This document shows positions 1 to 7,605 of a DNA stretch of 30,381 nt, one piece after another. The notes beneath the pieces are model-generated. The model saw only the letters and a program-made list of their open reading frames with translations, had not been told where the DNA came from and searched no databases. Location: NCBI GenBank assembly GCA_050253415.1, contig JBFWJC010000011.1, positions 1 to 30,381 on the forward strand, given 5' to 3'. Source of the DNA: Pedobacter sp. (GTDB lineage Bacteria; Desulfobacterota; Desulfuromonadia; Desulfuromonadales; Syntrophotaleaceae). Position numbers and translations under genes: made by a program. How positions within the stretch are numbered: position 1 is the stretch's first letter; every line of letters starts with the position of its first letter.

Positions 1-27
1 TACCGGAGGCGGAGCCGATGCGTCGGA
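1..27 (-). promoter_or_regulatory. Candidate element-sigma promoter TCCGAC-N16-CGGTA (leftward)
   Basis: Minus strand reads TCCGAC (27-22), 16 nt, CGGTA (5-1), immediately after the sigma stop codon. Same motif and spacing at 4251-4277. Confidence 0.55.
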
Positions 28-29
28 GA

Positions 30-614
30 TCACAGGTAGTCCTCGAGCCCGGCCTCGCGGAACGCGTCCCGGAGCTTGCTCAGCCGGTCGTAGAGGGTGG
101 TTCTGGGAATGCCCATCTCCCGGGCGATTTCGGCCATGGTGCTGTCGTGCAGGCGCACGCACAGATCCCGGAGCTCTTCCGGCAACAAGGCGATGGCCCG
201 GTCGAGATCCATGCGGATCTCATGGGCGAGACGCTCCCTTGTCTCGCGGGTGCCGCCTCCCAGGGAGCCCTCGCTGTCCAGGAAGTCGATCCGTTCGGTG
301 GTGTCGCCTTCGCCGTTGTCGAGGGGTTCGTTGAGTGAGGTTTGGCAGAGCCGCCAGTCCCGGCATTGGGCGAACCGGGCCTCCAGAATGGTGGAGATGT
401 GACGTTCGACGATCCGGGCCATGAAGGTGGTCTTCTTGGCCTTGGCGGGATTGAAATGCCGCATCCGCTGCAGCAGATCGATCATCAGTTCCTGTTCGAG
501 GTCGGGTCTGTCGTCCTCGGTGAATCCGGCCTTGCCTACGAGTTGACGTGCTTTGTGCCGAATGAGGTCGGCGGCATACTTGTCGATGCCGTCGTAAGAA
601 TTCTGTGAAACCAT
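30..614 (-). CDS. ECF-like sigma-70 family RNA polymerase sigma factor (element-encoded)
   Basis: 194 aa. Region-2-like segment DLEQELMIDLL...FNPAKAKKTTFMARIV and region-4 HTH STMAEIAREMGIPRTTLYDRLSKLR. RBS GAGGAGG 5 nt before ATG. Confidence 0.85.
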   Translation of the reverse strand: MVSQNSYDGIDKYAADLIRHKARQLVGKAGFTEDDRPDLEQELMIDLLQRMRHFNPAKAKKTTFMARIVERHISTILEARFAQCRDWRLCQTSLNEPLDNGEGDTTERIDFLDSEGSLGGGTRETRERLAHEIRMDLDRAIALLPEELRDLCVRLHDSTMAEIAREMGIPRTTLYDRLSKLRDAFREAGLEDYL

Positions 615-676
615 CGGGGCCTCCTCGGAGCGAGGAGGAGGTCCGCGTGGGTGTCGGCACGGGCCAGATCACAGGA

Positions 677-760
677 CAAAGCTGTCGCGTGGGCGAAGGG
701 GTCGCAGGTACGCCGCCAATTGCCGTATTCGGCTCGGCGACACCCACAACAGCCTCCGCC
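677..760 (-). ncRNA. Putative structured leader RNA upstream of the sigma gene (copy B of shared hairpin)
   Basis: GCUGUUG/CGACAGC and UGGGUG/CGCCCA stems with an inner GCCG-AAUA-CGGC hairpin. 15/16 nt shared with 4352-4367. Confidence 0.5.
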
Positions 761-809
761 ATGCGTCCAGCTTGTTGTCCAGTGTCTAAGGGTTCAGGTC
801 GTTACGTGT

Positions 810-1130
810 TCAGGCTGCCCGTTCCTCGATGCGCATCAGGAACGGGAGACCGTGCTTGATCTCGAGCAGGCAGACTTTTCCGCTGCCCATCTGCGCGAGG
901 TGCTCCAGCAGCGCCACGACCTCTTGCTTGAGAATGAAGTCATCCTGGTCGCGCTCGGGCCGGGGACCGCTTTGTCCGCCCAGCTTGATCTCGCGCTCGA
1001 TGACCGTGTCAGGGGTGAGTTCCGGCTCGCCGTCGCGGACCGGAATGTTGGAGATGCGGCCGAAGTTGATGTCCTGCATCAGCTCGATGAGTCGCCGCTT
1101 CGGTGGGGTGAGATTTTTTTTGTTCATCAT
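810..1130 (-). CDS. Small hypothetical protein (106 aa) co-oriented with the sigma gene
   Basis: Start reassigned to ATG at 1130 because of RBS AGGAGG (1135-1140). GC-rich coding-like codon usage. Confidence 0.75.
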   Translation of the reverse strand: MMNKKNLTPPKRRLIELMQDINFGRISNIPVRDGEPELTPDTVIEREIKLGGQSGPRPERDQDDFILKQEVVALLEHLAQMGSGKVCLLEIKHGLPFLMRIEERAA

Positions 1131-1199
1131 TCTGCCTCCTAAGCATGGTTTGATGTTTCTGGAGGGCAGAATAAATCCGGTTTTCATGAAGCCCTGTTT

Positions 1200-1329
1200 T
1201 CTGGACTTGTCTTTGGACTGTCCAAAATGAGCGACCCCAAAAAACAAAAGGCCGTCAGGTTTTTCACCTGCGGCCTCGGTTGCGCGGAAATATTTTTTAA
1301 GAAAAGTTTCTTTGGACTGTTATTTGGAC
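1200..1329. repeat. T(T/C)TGGAC boxes: two tandem pairs plus one inverted copy
   Basis: TCTGGAC 1200, TTTGGAC 1212, GTCCAAA 1220, TTTGGAC 1311, TTTGGAC 1323. 12-bp direct repeat TCTTTGGACTGT at 1210 and 1309. Confidence 0.7.
1240..1276 (-). terminator. Intrinsic terminator after the lexA-like operon
   Basis: Minus strand AGGCCGCAGGT-GAAAA-ACCTG(A)CGGCCT followed by TTTGTTTTTT. Confidence 0.65.
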
Positions 1330-2393
1330 TTGACTATGTTTTCGGGAAAACGCACGCCTTTCTCCTTGCGAAAGTCTATAGCAACACCTAGTTTTTTCCG
1401 GATATTATTCAGTTGTCGTTGCATACGGCCTGGGTCTCCCGAAGCGGGAAAATACTCATCTTTCTTCCACGCACACGCATTCATAAAAGTCTTATGCCGT
1501 ACCCATCCGTGGCCGATCTGATCGTAAAGAATTTCCATGATCTTGGCGATGATGGACTCATTGCGGACAAAAATGTGTCCTTTGTCCACCCCGTTCACGA
1601 ACCAGTGGACTCTTTCGCCGATTTCTTTTCGTTCGAGAACGATCTTATCCTCTTCGGTTATTGTATTTACAGAATCGTCTCTCGATTCGTCTTCCCGCAG
1701 TGCCTCTCCAGCGTGACCAATGAAATGTGCAACTTGCAAATCCGCTTTCTTGGCAATGGCATGCCAATCCAGCAAGAAAGCACAAGAAGAGTTTGTTGTG
1801 ATGGCGACCATAATAATTCCAAGTCGTTTCATCTGTTGGCGGATTTCTGGGGAAAGTGCGATGCCGCCTGGGGTTAAAATGACAATCCCCACGGTATCAA
1901 GCTCTCGGTCAAGTCTCCTGCATCGAGCAATAACATCATCTTCATCCAGGTTTGGAATCGAAAGAAAAATTTCCAACGTCCCGAGGCTATCAAGTGTCTT
2001 AAGCCCCATAGGAATCAGGCCGTGATGATTCGCAAACCCGCTGCCTTCAATGCCATTCGCTTGGCGGATCACTGTCGTGAGTTTTGGAAGGGAGAGTTCA
2101 TACTGCCGGACGTCGTCCTCGGTGAGCGGGATCGGATCGAAATAATTGTCCTCATCAGCAACCCCAAATATACCCTTCGAGGTCTGGCGGACAATCAGAT
2201 CGCCACCTAGGGGAAAACGTTTCGGTCGAGGAATCTCCGTTGCTCTTGATGTTTCCCTCAGGATTCCTTTCTCTCGAAGGACACGGAACTCATCTTCTGG
2301 GTAACACTCCAGTTCCCCGTGCAGAAAGACAGGACTCTCGACTTGGTCGAGACGCTGAAAGATGAAGTTGAGGAGCCCCTCAGTCAACGACAA
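1320..2393 (-). CDS. Hypothetical protein with probable C-terminal OmpR-like winged-helix DNA-binding domain
   Basis: 357 aa, overlaps the upstream gene end. C-terminus IMEILY...QRQLNNIRKKLG-VAIDFRKEKGVRF resembles the Trans_reg_C recognition helix and wing. Confidence 0.7.
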   Translation of the reverse strand: MSLTEGLLNFIFQRLDQVESPVFLHGELECYPEDEFRVLREKGILRETSRATEIPRPKRFPLGGDLIVRQTSKGIFGVADEDNYFDPIPLTEDDVRQYELSLPKLTTVIRQANGIEGSGFANHHGLIPMGLKTLDSLGTLEIFLSIPNLDEDDVIARCRRLDRELDTVGIVILTPGGIALSPEIRQQMKRLGIIMVAITTNSSCAFLLDWHAIAKKADLQVAHFIGHAGEALREDESRDDSVNTITEEDKIVLERKEIGERVHWFVNGVDKGHIFVRNESIIAKIMEILYDQIGHGWVRHKTFMNACAWKKDEYFPASGDPGRMQRQLNNIRKKLGVAIDFRKEKGVRFPENIVKSK

Positions 2394-3507
2394 TCCCCCA
2401 ATTCTTCAGATATCGGAATACGTCTTCGGCATGTGTGGCCCGTTTGAACTTGATTTTGTTGGTGCCGGACAATTCGATGCGTTTTCCCCGTAGGTCATCG
2501 GGGAACATGATTTTAAATACGGCCCGTCGGATCGTGCCACCCCCCAAACGCTTACGCAGGTAAGTCTTTTCAAGCGTCTCCATCACATTCCTGGACCGCA
2601 CTATAAATGATGGGAACGGCGCTTGCGGAAGGTTGAAATGGATCTCGGCGAGGATGACTGAATGATCTTCGTCAACCGGCATGTCAAAGTCCTCCTCCGC
2701 GATCCTGGCGAGGTTTAGTCTATCTGCTGATCCGGGCGAGTCGAAAAAGTCTTCGTCTTTGAGGCAGCACTCAGCAAAAGCCTTGCGGAGAGCCGTCTCT
2801 TCTTTTTCAACAGCAGCCTCAATTTCAATCTGGCCGGTCTCGTTGTTATAGCTGATGAAATCTTGCTGGGCCGGACGTAGGATGGTCGGGGAGACTTTCG
2901 GACTTGCAGTGGTTCCTTTGAATATCAGTTCCGCTTTGACCCGCTTCTCGTGGTAAATGATGAAATTAGTGTATGCTCCTTCTTGATAGTAGCGGACGAG
3001 AACACGGTCACTGTTTTTATGATTTTTGAAAATCTCGGCAAGTTTTGATTGAAAGACTCCGGAAGCTGTATCTACGTCTGCAATGGCTGCTGCAGTCTTC
3101 CCGCGAAATATGGTGAATCGTTCTGCACGCCAAAGGGTATACCGATCATATGCGAGATTAAAAGCCTCCTCATTTTCAGTTCTGACCTTAAGGCTCAGGC
3201 ACTCGACCGGCAACTCCCCGTTTCCTTCCGGCGAATAATTGCATTCCTGACAAGCTGCCACGATGTCTTCATGACCTCGCTCTGTACAGAGGTCATAAGC
3301 CATATAGAGACTCTCAAGCAGATCATCCTTGCTATAGCCATCGCCACTAACGAGGAATTCTTTGAAGAGGGGAACATCAAGCGATGCGGAATCAAGCTCC
3401 AGATGGCCATTCCAAAGTTCAACGAAACTACGGAGAATGGGCTCATAGCCTTGGAATTTATCCAAAAACCGCTCTGCGTTAAAGGTTCGATGTTTCGGCT
3501 TCCCCAT
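2380..3507 (-). CDS. Hypothetical protein (375 aa)
   Basis: Long ORF with RBS GGAGG overlapping the lexA end. No motif recognised. Confidence 0.75.
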   Translation of the reverse strand: MGKPKHRTFNAERFLDKFQGYEPILRSFVELWNGHLELDSASLDVPLFKEFLVSGDGYSKDDLLESLYMAYDLCTERGHEDIVAACQECNYSPEGNGELPVECLSLKVRTENEEAFNLAYDRYTLWRAERFTIFRGKTAAAIADVDTASGVFQSKLAEIFKNHKNSDRVLVRYYQEGAYTNFIIYHEKRVKAELIFKGTTASPKVSPTILRPAQQDFISYNNETGQIEIEAAVEKEETALRKAFAECCLKDEDFFDSPGSADRLNLARIAEEDFDMPVDEDHSVILAEIHFNLPQAPFPSFIVRSRNVMETLEKTYLRKRLGGGTIRRAVFKIMFPDDLRGKRIELSGTNKIKFKRATHAEDVFRYLKNWGIVVD

Positions 3508-3512
3508 TTTTC

Positions 3513-4145
3513 TTACCTCCCTTGTTTATGCCTAACGGCAACGACCTTACCCAACACGCGAAGATCATCCTCCGGCCTGATCCGGATCTTTCTTACCTCC
3601 GGGTTCTCGGGCACCAATTCGATGAGCTCGTCTTTGATTTTCAGGCGCTTGACAGTCGCCTCGTTGTTGAGCAGCGCGACAACGATGTCTCCGTCCTCGG
3701 CGATGGGCTGCTGCCGCACGATGATCAAATCACCATCGTTGATACCGGCACCGACCATGCTGTCACCCACCGCACGGAGTGCGAAGTGCTGACCGGAACG
3801 AACGACGTTCGATTCGACCAGTACTTGGCCGATGATGTTCTCCTCAGCCAGGATGGGGCAGCCAGCCGCCACCATACCCACTACAGGTACTGAAACCAGG
3901 GAGGCAGCCATCTCGCTGGGACGGCGGGCGACGGCAATGCCGCGAGACTTCCCGTCCTCTCGCTTCAGGTATCCCTTGCGCACCAGTTGGTTGATCCGGT
4001 CGTGGGCACTCGCCGGGCTGATTTCAAAGATCTCGCTCAGTTCCTTCACCGTTGGAGGGAAGCCCTTGGCATCGACAAAACGACATATCGCTTCAAGCGT
4101 TTTCCGCTGCAACGGCGTTATCTCATCCGTCTTCGCTTTGCCCAT
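3513..4145 (-). CDS. lexA: LexA/CI-type autocleaving repressor (element-encoded)
   Basis: N-terminal wHTH GFPPTVKELSE, Ala-Gly cleavage site VAAG, catalytic Ser (GDSM) and Lys (ATVKR). ATG at 4145 with GGAG RBS. Confidence 0.9.
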   Translation of the reverse strand: MGKAKTDEITPLQRKTLEAICRFVDAKGFPPTVKELSEIFEISPASAHDRINQLVRKGYLKREDGKSRGIAVARRPSEMAASLVSVPVVGMVAAGCPILAEENIIGQVLVESNVVRSGQHFALRAVGDSMVGAGINDGDLIIVRQQPIAEDGDIVVALLNNEATVKRLKIKDELIELVPENPEVRKIRIRPEDDLRVLGKVVAVRHKQGR

Positions 4146-4199
4146 GGCGTCTCCATTTCTGTTGAAAGACAAAAAGGCGCAATGCGCCAGCAAATCCTA

Positions 4200-4229
4200 A
4201 TAATATAAACCTGATGCATATCAGGTCAA
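4200..4229 (-). promoter_or_regulatory. Sigma70 promoter of the repressor overlapped by a palindromic operator
   Basis: Minus strand TTGACC-16-TATATT (or -18-TATTAT). Perfect palindrome ACCTGAT-GCAT-ATCAGGT at 4209-4226. Confidence 0.7.
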
Positions 4230-4250
4230 GAAATAATCTCACACCTGATT

Positions 4251-4277
4251 TCCGACACTTCCACGAGCCCCTCGGTA
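4251..4277 (+). promoter_or_regulatory. Candidate element-sigma promoter TCCGAC-N16-CGGTA (rightward, towards recombinase operon)
   Basis: TCCGAC 4251-4256, CGGTA 4273-4277. Identical spacing to the copy at 1-27. Operator half-site ACCTGAT at 4243-4249. Confidence 0.55.
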
Positions 4278-4340
4278 GGTAAGGCCTGAAGAATGCCGGT
4301 TTGAAACCGGACGAGCAGTTAGAAACCAGATAACCGACCA

Positions 4341-4400
4341 GAGGCGGAGCTGAGGCGGTTGTGGGTGCCATCGAACGCGCATCCCGACCGCCACCGTTTT
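4341..4400 (+). ncRNA. Putative structured leader RNA (copy A of shared hairpin)
   Basis: GGCGGUUG/CGACCGCC and GGGUGC/GCAUCC stems spanning 4354-4392. Confidence 0.5.
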
Positions 4401-4446
4401 CTGGCATCCACACCATCCAGTCCCCCGGTCCCACCGGAGGTGTTCG

Positions 4447-4689
4447 ATGTTGGATGTCCAGGAAATGAATGATGGGCCGGGGACGGATGACCTTGGCGAA
4501 AACGGCAAACCCGGCCGCTTGTCGGGTGAGGCGAGGCTCCAGTCAGCCGCCTCCATTCTGGCCACGGCGATCCTGCGCCGAAAGGCAAAAAATGCATGTG
4601 TGGGCAATGAGTTAGAGGTTTTCGAAGATTCTTCCCCTGTGCTCGGAGAAGGACTTGATTCATTGCCGGAACAGAGCATTCATTCATGA
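4447..4689 (+). CDS. Small hypothetical protein upstream of DUF2924 gene
   Basis: 80 aa with RBS GGAGG at 4436-4440. Contains an amphipathic helix RLQSAASILATAILRRK. Confidence 0.55.
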   Translation: MLDVQEMNDGPGTDDLGENGKPGRLSGEARLQSAASILATAILRRKAKNACVGNELEVFEDSSPVLGEGLDSLPEQSIHS

Positions 4690-4723
4690 CAACTCGTCCG
4701 GAAACCAAAATAAGGAGTTGAAA

Positions 4724-5248
4724 ATGAATGAGTTACAGAACGCCGCCACGGGCGGCAAGAATCAGGACCGAACCCGAAACTCGGTCCTTCGGCAGATGGC
4801 TCTGCTGCAATCCATGTCCCTGGAGCAGCTCCGGGAAAAATGGCTCGACCTCTACGGCGAAGAGCCGCCCCAGTACAAGAAGCAATTCCTCATCAAGCGG
4901 CTGGCCTATCGCATCCAGGAGCTTTTCTACGGCGGACTGTCCGAGCAGGCCAAGGTCCATCTCCAGCAGGCCGCCAAGGATGACCCGGTCGCCACTGTCA
5001 ATCGACGCATCCCAGAAGAGCGGAAATCTAACGAGGCGATCCTGCCCGGAACCAGACTGGTGCGGGTCTGGAACGACCGGCGCTATGAGGTGATCGTCCT
5101 TGCCGATGGCTACGAGTTCGAAGGCCGCACCTTCCGGTCGCTCAGCGCGGTGGCCAGGGAGATCACCGGGACGCGCTGGAACGGTAAGGTCTTTTTCGGG
5201 CTGAAGAAGGTTTACGGCAGAAAAGCCGAGGGAGGTTCGGATGCTTGA
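4724..5248 (+). CDS. DUF2924 domain protein
   Basis: LREKWLDLYG, RLAYRIQELFYGGL, PGTRLVRVW and SLSAVAREITGTRWNG motifs. RBS AAGGAG before ATG 4724. Overlaps the recombinase start. Confidence 0.85.
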   Translation: MNELQNAATGGKNQDRTRNSVLRQMALLQSMSLEQLREKWLDLYGEEPPQYKKQFLIKRLAYRIQELFYGGLSEQAKVHLQQAAKDDPVATVNRRIPEERKSNEAILPGTRLVRVWNDRRYEVIVLADGYEFEGRTFRSLSAVAREITGTRWNGKVFFGLKKVYGRKAEGGSDA

Positions 5249-6827
5249 TAACAGCAATGTCGCGCCGGGCAAAAACAAAACCCTGCGCTGTGCCATCTAC
5301 ACCCGCAAGAGCCACGAGGAAGGACTCGAACAGGAGTTCAACTCGCTGGATGCCCAACGGGAGTCGGCGGAACACTATATCGAGGCCCAGAGGATGCGTG
5401 GCTGGACGGCTCTGCCGGATCGCTACGACGATGGTGGTTTCTCCGGTGGGAATATGGAGCGCCCGGGGCTGCGCCGACTGCTGGCGGACATCGACGCCGG
5501 GAAGATTGATGTGATCGTGGTCTACAAGGTCGACCGCCTGTCCCGCTCGCTACTGGACTTCATGAAGATGATCGACCTCTTCAACGAAAAGGGCGTCAGC
5601 TTCGTCTCGGTCACCCAGCACTTCAGCACCACCGATCCCACCGGCCGGATGTTTCTCGGCATCCTGATTACCTTCGCCCAGTACGAGCGGGAGGTCATCG
5701 CCGAACGTATCCGGGACAAGGTGGCGGCAGCCAAGCGCCGGGGAAAATACTGCGGCGGCGTACCCATTCTCGGATACGATGTCGACCGGGATAACAAGAA
5801 GCTGCTGGTCAACCCCGATGAAGCCAGGACAGTGCAATACATTTTCCGCCGCTTCATCCAGATCGGATCGGCCAAAAAGCTGGGCCAGGAATTGAACGAA
5901 CAGGGATACCGCACCAAGGCCTGGACCACCAAGAAAGGTAAGGTTCGCGAGGGCTCCGAATGGAACACCGCCCATATCTACCGGCTGCTCAACAACCGGA
6001 TCTATATCGGCGAGATCGCCCACAAGGATCGCAGCTACCCCGGCGAGCACGAGGGGATCATCGACCGGGCGACCTGGGACAAGGTTCAGGCCATCCTGGA
6101 GGACAACAAACCGGTCAAGGTGTCCATGGCCAGAACCAAAATGGTCGCCCCGCTGAAAGGCGTTATCCGCTGCGGCCACTGCGGCTGCTCGATGGGACCG
6201 ACCTACGCCCGCAAGAACGGCCGCCACTACACCTATTACATCTGCCAGAAGGACAGCAAGCGGACCGTGAGCCGATGCCCCCTCAAACGAATTCCCGCCG
6301 GGGACATCGAGCAGGCGGTGATCGAGCAGTTGAGCGCGGTGTTCCGCACACCGACGCTGGTGGCCAAAACTTACTTCGCGGCCCGGGACATCGAGCAGGC
6401 GGAGCGGGAGCGGCTGTTCAAGCAGAAAGCCCAACTCGAGATGGAGCTGTCGCAGGTGAGGGAGCAGGCACTCGAACTGATGAAACCCGGCAGCGATCAG
6501 CCGGGCAAGGCCGAGATGCTCACGACCGTCAACCGCCAGGCGGTCGAGCTCTCGAAACAACTGACGCACGTGAGCGAGCGATGCAGAGCCTACCGGGGGA
6601 ACAACATCACGGAACAGGACGTTTCGGAGGCCTTCCAGAATGTCGAGGGCTTCTGGGAGGACCTTTTCCCGGTGGAGCGAAACCGGCTCATCCGCCTCCT
6701 GGTGGATAAGGTGGAGATCCGCGAGACCGGAATCGATATGGAGCTGCGCACCAACGGGCTGACAACGCTCATCGCCGAGCTGGCTGGTCTGGCCTGCGAA
6801 GTCACCGAACGGAGGGCAAGCCGATGA
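5241..6827 (+). CDS. Large serine recombinase/integrase (resolvase + recombinase + Zn-ribbon + coiled coil)
   Basis: YTRKS catalytic serine, VYKVDRLSR, CGHCG...YYIC...RCP zinc ribbon. 528 aa. Confidence 0.95.
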   Translation: MLDNSNVAPGKNKTLRCAIYTRKSHEEGLEQEFNSLDAQRESAEHYIEAQRMRGWTALPDRYDDGGFSGGNMERPGLRRLLADIDAGKIDVIVVYKVDRLSRSLLDFMKMIDLFNEKGVSFVSVTQHFSTTDPTGRMFLGILITFAQYEREVIAERIRDKVAAAKRRGKYCGGVPILGYDVDRDNKKLLVNPDEARTVQYIFRRFIQIGSAKKLGQELNEQGYRTKAWTTKKGKVREGSEWNTAHIYRLLNNRIYIGEIAHKDRSYPGEHEGIIDRATWDKVQAILEDNKPVKVSMARTKMVAPLKGVIRCGHCGCSMGPTYARKNGRHYTYYICQKDSKRTVSRCPLKRIPAGDIEQAVIEQLSAVFRTPTLVAKTYFAARDIEQAERERLFKQKAQLEMELSQVREQALELMKPGSDQPGKAEMLTTVNRQAVELSKQLTHVSERCRAYRGNNITEQDVSEAFQNVEGFWEDLFPVERNRLIRLLVDKVEIRETGIDMELRTNGLTTLIAELAGLACEVTERRASR

Positions 6828-7246
6828 AAATGAAGCCGACCATTACCGTGGCCGACAACGGCAACCTGCAGATCCACATCCCGATGCTGATCCGGCGCAT
6901 GCGCGGTCGCAAGACGGTCATCGCTCCCCAGGCCCTGGATGGAGATGCCCCCGGGGCACAGGAGCCAGTGCAGTCCGCCGTCCTCCAGGCGCTGGCAAGG
7001 GCCTTTTCCTGGGCCGACATCCTCGAATCCGGCCAGATCAAGTCCATCAGCGAGCTTGCCCGTACCCTCGACGTCGATGGCTCGTATGTGGCCCGCATTC
7101 TCAAGCTGACGACCCTGGCCCCCGACATCGTCGAAGCCCTGATCAACGGCGAGGAACCCAACGGGCTCTCGTTGGCGAAGCTGACCCAGAGCTTCCCGGA
7201 GGACTGGGCCGAGCAGCGCCGCCAGTTCGGCTTCGCCACCGACTGA
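6824..7246 (+). CDS. Recombinase-associated HTH protein
   Basis: ATGA overlap with the recombinase. HTH SISELARTLDVDGSYVARILKLTTLAPDIV. Confidence 0.75.
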   Translation: MKMKPTITVADNGNLQIHIPMLIRRMRGRKTVIAPQALDGDAPGAQEPVQSAVLQALARAFSWADILESGQIKSISELARTLDVDGSYVARILKLTTLAPDIVEALINGEEPNGLSLAKLTQSFPEDWAEQRRQFGFATD

Positions 7247-7270
7247 CGACCGGACCGGAGACCGCCCCAG

Positions 7271-7303
7271 AGAGCCGACCATCAGCGTCGGCTTTTCTTC
7301 TTT
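7271..7303 (+). terminator. Intrinsic terminator of the recombinase operon
   Basis: AGAGCCGAC-catcagc-GTCGGCTTT followed by TCTTCTTT. Confidence 0.65.
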
Positions 7304-7605
7304 AGGGGGCAGGAAGCCGGAGTTGACCGCGCTTCTTTTCATGGCCGAGGCGGGCAATTTCGAAAAAAACGTCCGGTTGCGGCATCGAACGATGACCTAA
7401 GACAACCGCCCAAAATGGCAACGAGCCGCAAACCCATATCAATCAAGGATGTAGCTTTCCGGACGCGCTTCGGACTTGGTCCGGAGAAAACAGAGAATCA
7501 GGGGCCAAACAGAGAAAGGAAGGCGGGAGGATGGGGAGAATCGATGGTGCAAAGAGGTGCTTTGGAAAGATGTGAAACGGGCGCAAACCCTTTAGAAACA
7601 AGGGG

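Noticed and set aside
6..17. GAGGCGGAGCCG nearly identical to 4341-4352, so potentially antisense to the rightward leader
   Set aside because: Only 11/12 GC-rich bases, inside a putative promoter spacer at the window edge. Chance cannot be excluded.
220..762. 180-aa minus-strand ORF starting in the structured leader
   Set aside because: It overlaps the sigma gene out of frame, has low-complexity Arg/Pro composition and no clear SD. A role in translational coupling cannot be fully excluded.
3513..4145. Repressor as the host SOS lexA
   Set aside because: It lies inside the recombinase element with no SOS genes adjacent, so it is more likely element-specific.
5550..7357. Long minus-strand ORFs (339 aa, 255 aa) and a +strand 249-aa ORF in the recombinase operon
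   Set aside because: Shadow or alternative frames of GC-rich genes with clear family motifs.
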